A stretch of DNA of 62,316 bases, counting the filler, from an uncultured Gemmatimonadota bacterium (GTDB lineage: Bacteria > GCA-2686955), in the NCBI GenBank assembly GCA_964490075.1. It is 3 parts of 3 records of this genome, joined end to end, with 100 filler letters (N's around TTAATTAATTAA, not from the genome) between each part and the next. Parts side by side here need not be neighbours in the genome. Positions count along the whole stretch, not along the records: positions 44,000 to 62,316 come from CAZBBK010000085.1; 2 more parts are not named here. The stretch is one strand, 5' to 3'. The position numbers and the translations under genes were made by a program. Of this stretch, positions 59,636 to 62,316 are shown piece after piece; position 1 is the first letter of the stretch; each line of letters starts with the position of its first letter. The notes beneath the pieces were generated by a model. The model was not told where the DNA came from and made no database searches. It saw only the letters and a program-made list of their open reading frames with translations.

Positions 59636-60174
59636 GACCCGCCGCCCTCTTCCCGGGACGCGACCGACCAGCCCGGTCGCGGCGCCGCGTCGCCCCGCAG
59701 CTGCGCCGCCGCCCGCTCGATCGCTTCGTAGATTTGGTTGTAGCCGGTACAGCGACACAGATTCCCGGAGAGCGCGCGACGGATCTGGTCGCGATCGGGG
59801 TCTGCGTCGCGATCCAGCAAAGCGGCTGCCGACAGAATGATCCCTGGCTGACAGAAGCCGCATTGCAGAGCCCCGCTCTGATCGAAGGCCCTTTGCGGCG
59901 GGTGGGGTCCGGTGCCGCCGGCGCGCCGGTGGGCCGGAGCCAGTCCCTCGATCGTGGTGATCCGCCGCCCCTGGGCAAGGGCCGCCGGCAGCAGACAGGA
60001 AAGCACTGGCCGTCCCTCCAGCAGTACCGTGCAGGCTCCGCAATCGCCTTTGTCGCAGCCCTGCTTGGTGCCCGTCAGGGCGAGCACATAACGCAGCACT
60101 TCGAGCAGCGTCCAGTGGTCGGGCGCGGCGCATGCGGTGGTGTCGTCGTTGATCTGGAGCTCGAGCTCTTGCAT
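59632..60174 (-). CDS. 2x[2Fe-2S] small subunit (HcrC/CoxS-like)
   Basis: TGTKQGCDKGDCGAC, SC, QCGFCQPG, NLCRCTGY. Confidence 0.95.
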   Translation of the reverse strand: MQELELQINDDTTACAAPDHWTLLEVLRYVLALTGTKQGCDKGDCGACTVLLEGRPVLSCLLPAALAQGRRITTIEGLAPAHRRAGGTGPHPPQRAFDQSGALQCGFCQPGIILSAAALLDRDADPDRDQIRRALSGNLCRCTGYNQIYEAIERAAAQLRGDAAPRPGWSVASREEGGGS

Positions 60175-60316
60175 GGAATGGGGCGCGTCTCGCGGTTGCT
60201 GGATCCCCGTCTCAGACTAGTACCTTCCACGCCGGCCGCAAGGCGGCGGGCGGGTCGTGTGCGGCGGTGCCGGGGCTCCCCACCCCGCGGATGCCGTCTC
60301 GCGGCCGAAAGCACCC

Positions 60317-60893
60317 GCTGAAGTGGCCAAGACGCGCGAGGAGGCTGCATAGCGGTCAGCATCGGTCTCTGACGTCGTTCAGCGTCCGCGGCTGACCGCG
60401 AAACGGACAGAGTCGCCCGCTGGCCGGGGTCAGGTGGCCTGGATGGCCGCAAGACAACCAGAACCGCTCACTGACTGCACTCAGGCGCTGAGAGTGACCG
60501 TGGAGGGGCTGGTGTCGGCTGCTGACGTCGCTCAGCGTTCGCGTCCGACCGTGGCGCGGCCAGCATCGGCCGCTAAAGGAGTCCAGGCGCAGCGGCTGAC
60601 CGCGGAGTGACCGGAACTGCTCGCTGACCCGGGTCAGGTGTCTGGGGCGGTTGCGGAGCGACCGGAATTGGCCACTGACCTCACTCAGGCGCTGCGAATG
60701 ACCCCGGAGTGGCCGGCATCGGCCGCTGACGAAGCTCAGGCGCCGCGGCTGACCGCAAAGCGGCCAGCACCGGTTGCTGACGTCGCTCAGCATCCGCGGT
60801 CGACCGCGAGGTGGCTGGAATCGCGCGCTGACTTGGGCCAGGTGCCTCCGGTGACGGTCAGGTGGGTGGCATCACGGGCTGCTCTGCGTCAGA
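60317..60893 (+). repeat. Degenerate tandem array, exact 51-bp period, about 12 units (left of the transposase)
   Basis: (G/A)CTGAC-N5-TCAG-type hairpin cores at 60317, 60368, 60419, 60470, 60521, 60572, 60623, 60674, 60725, 60776, 60827 and 60878. Confidence 0.9.
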
Positions 60894-60935
60894 GGGTTGC
60901 GACGATCGTTCGAGAGCCCCAATGGCGCCCAGGGA

Positions 60936-61793
60936 TCACCCCTGAAAACCGGTGCGCAGGCGGGCGTCTCCGAGGCAGAGAGCCGCGGCTACGAGAGAGG
61001 GCGGCGGCGGATCAGCCGCCAGTCTTCGCAGGGTTCGAGGACTGGCACCAGTTGCCCGGGCCAACGCGGTGCCTACTGGCCATCCCTGTCTGAGCGCGAG
61101 ATGTACCAACAAGTTGCGCGGCAGGCCCGGGCGGCTCAGCTGGGCCGGCACGGGACTCCGGGTCGCCGCATTCGAGGCCGCCCGGATGGTCGCGAGTGGG
61201 GTAGATGCGACCGCGCTCGGCCGGGCCGGCGTCGGGAAAGGGGTGCCCGCCACCGCCGCCGATGGATCGCTGGAGACATAGGCGTGAAAGCGGCGGGGGA
61301 AGCCGGCCTGCTGCTCGCCAATGTGCGCCGCCAGCTCCTGGGGCCGCACCCATGGATCAGAGATGGCGCCGCACAGATCGCGGGCGGTGGTCCAGGGCCA
61401 CGCCAGGGGGTCAGAAGTCTCCCCAGCGCGGCAAGGATTGAGCAGCACGTAGCGAATCTGACGGCGCAGGTGGCGGGCGTCCGAGATCGCTCGCGGCTTT
61501 GGCGTCGGCTGCCACCAGACAGGGCAGGATCGGGGACGGCGCCGCCGCGAGAACCAGCCCAGTGTGCGTGCCAAACGCTCGCGGGCGCTGCGCGGATCGT
61601 CGATGCGCGTGATGAGGTGGAGATGATCGGGCATCAGGCAGACTGCTGCGACGGCGGGGAAGCGTGCGCGGAGATGGGACCAGAGCCAGGAGCAGGACTC
61701 GGGGTCGCTCAGAGGCCGAAGGCCAGGCCAACTGCGCGCGATGATGTGGCACCACATGCCGCCGCGCAGCGCAAGTCGCGTGCCGGGCCACAA
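60936..61793 (-). mobile_element. HUH/Y1 tyrosine transposase (REP-associated RAYT-like) with a C-terminal HTH-like extension
   Basis: GMWCHIIARS; HUH motif CLMPDHLHLI; catalytic Tyr in RYVLLNPCRAG..P..WPWTT; C-terminal ALARATGASPRTLRRL. Start uncertain (TTG 61793 or ATG 61757). Confidence 0.85.
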
Positions 61794-62080
61794 TCCGCTG
61801 CCGAATTTGTGCCCGCGCCGTGCGGGGCTCGGTCGAGGCGCCGTGCCGGGGTGAGTGCGGGCGAGGCAGAGCCACATTGTGCATCCAAGCGGTGCGAACA
61901 AACGAGGAAAGGGCCGGAAGACGTGCGGCCCATCGCGATTCGGGGTCTGGGCAGCAGTGGCATCTCGCTCTTGCTGTGGTGCACCGGGGTGCGGCGGCCG
62001 CCGTGGATCCGGCGGCGCGGAGACGAGCGCGGTGCCCGCTCTGCGCGTCAACTGCCATCGCGAGGTGGTTCGATTCGACT

Positions 62081-62316
62081 GCTGGCCTGGCTCAGGTGCG
62101 CGAGACGACCGCGCGGCGGTCAGCAGCGGCCGCTGACCGCACTCAGGCGCCGCGGATGACCGCGGAGCGACCCGAATCGCTCGCTGACCCGGGTCAGGTG
62201 TCGAGGGCGACCGCGCAGCAAACAGAGTCGGCGGCTGACCGTGCTCAGGCACCGCGAACGACCGCAGCGCGACCGGCATCGGCCGCTGACCACCCTCAGC
62301 CTCCGCGGCTGACCGC
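62081..62316 (+). repeat. Same 51-bp tandem array, at least 5 units (right of the transposase, runs off the window)
   Basis: Cores at 62081, 62132, 62183, 62234 and 62285, in the same orientation as the left array. gctgacccgggtcaggtgtc is shared by the units at 60623 and 62183. Confidence 0.9.

Noticed and set aside
60356-60793. 17-aa repeat protein ORF (also 60638-61093)
   Set aside because: Likely a by-product of the 51-bp period. The + frame has an internal TGA at 60608-60610, the composition is not protein-like, and conservation follows hairpin stems. Not fully excluded.
60317-60893. CRISPR array
   Set aside because: Units are degenerate along their whole length, with no invariant repeat plus unique spacer structure and no cas genes in the window.

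Overview
GC-rich bacterial sequence, probably from a draft or metagenome-assembled genome. It consists of three contigs (1-22327, 22428-43899, 44000-62316) joined by artificial N-TTAATTAATTAA-N linkers. Contig 1: two tandem paralogous secreted proteins of unknown function behind a TPR hybrid histidine kinase, a sulfatase-fold membrane protein, C25 and S8 peptidases, an asnB/methyltransferase pair, and FG-GAP and beta-helix proteins. Contig 2: an alpha/beta hydrolase, a fused LeuC-LeuD-like dehydratase, a beta-propeller protein, a CotH/lamin-tail protein, an internally deleted S8 peptidase, a VIT-vWA/vWA/OmpR/histidine kinase operon, a tandem CoA-transferase III and asnA. Contig 3: an LVIVD/T9SS-CTD pseudogene, a psrABC-like operon with two YeeE/YedE genes, pcp-asnB-GT4-methyltransferase, an hcrCAB-like operon whose large subunit has an in-frame stop, and an HUH (Y1/RAYT-like) transposase sitting between two same-orientation arrays of exact-period 51-bp hairpin repeats. 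Most notable: the RAYT/51-bp array locus; shared, apparently interchangeable C-terminal domains on secreted proteins, including a stand-alone copy; several hairpin/MITE repeat families; and candidate OmpR-type boxes upstream of the VIT-vWA operon. All calls come from reading motifs by eye; no database searches were run.
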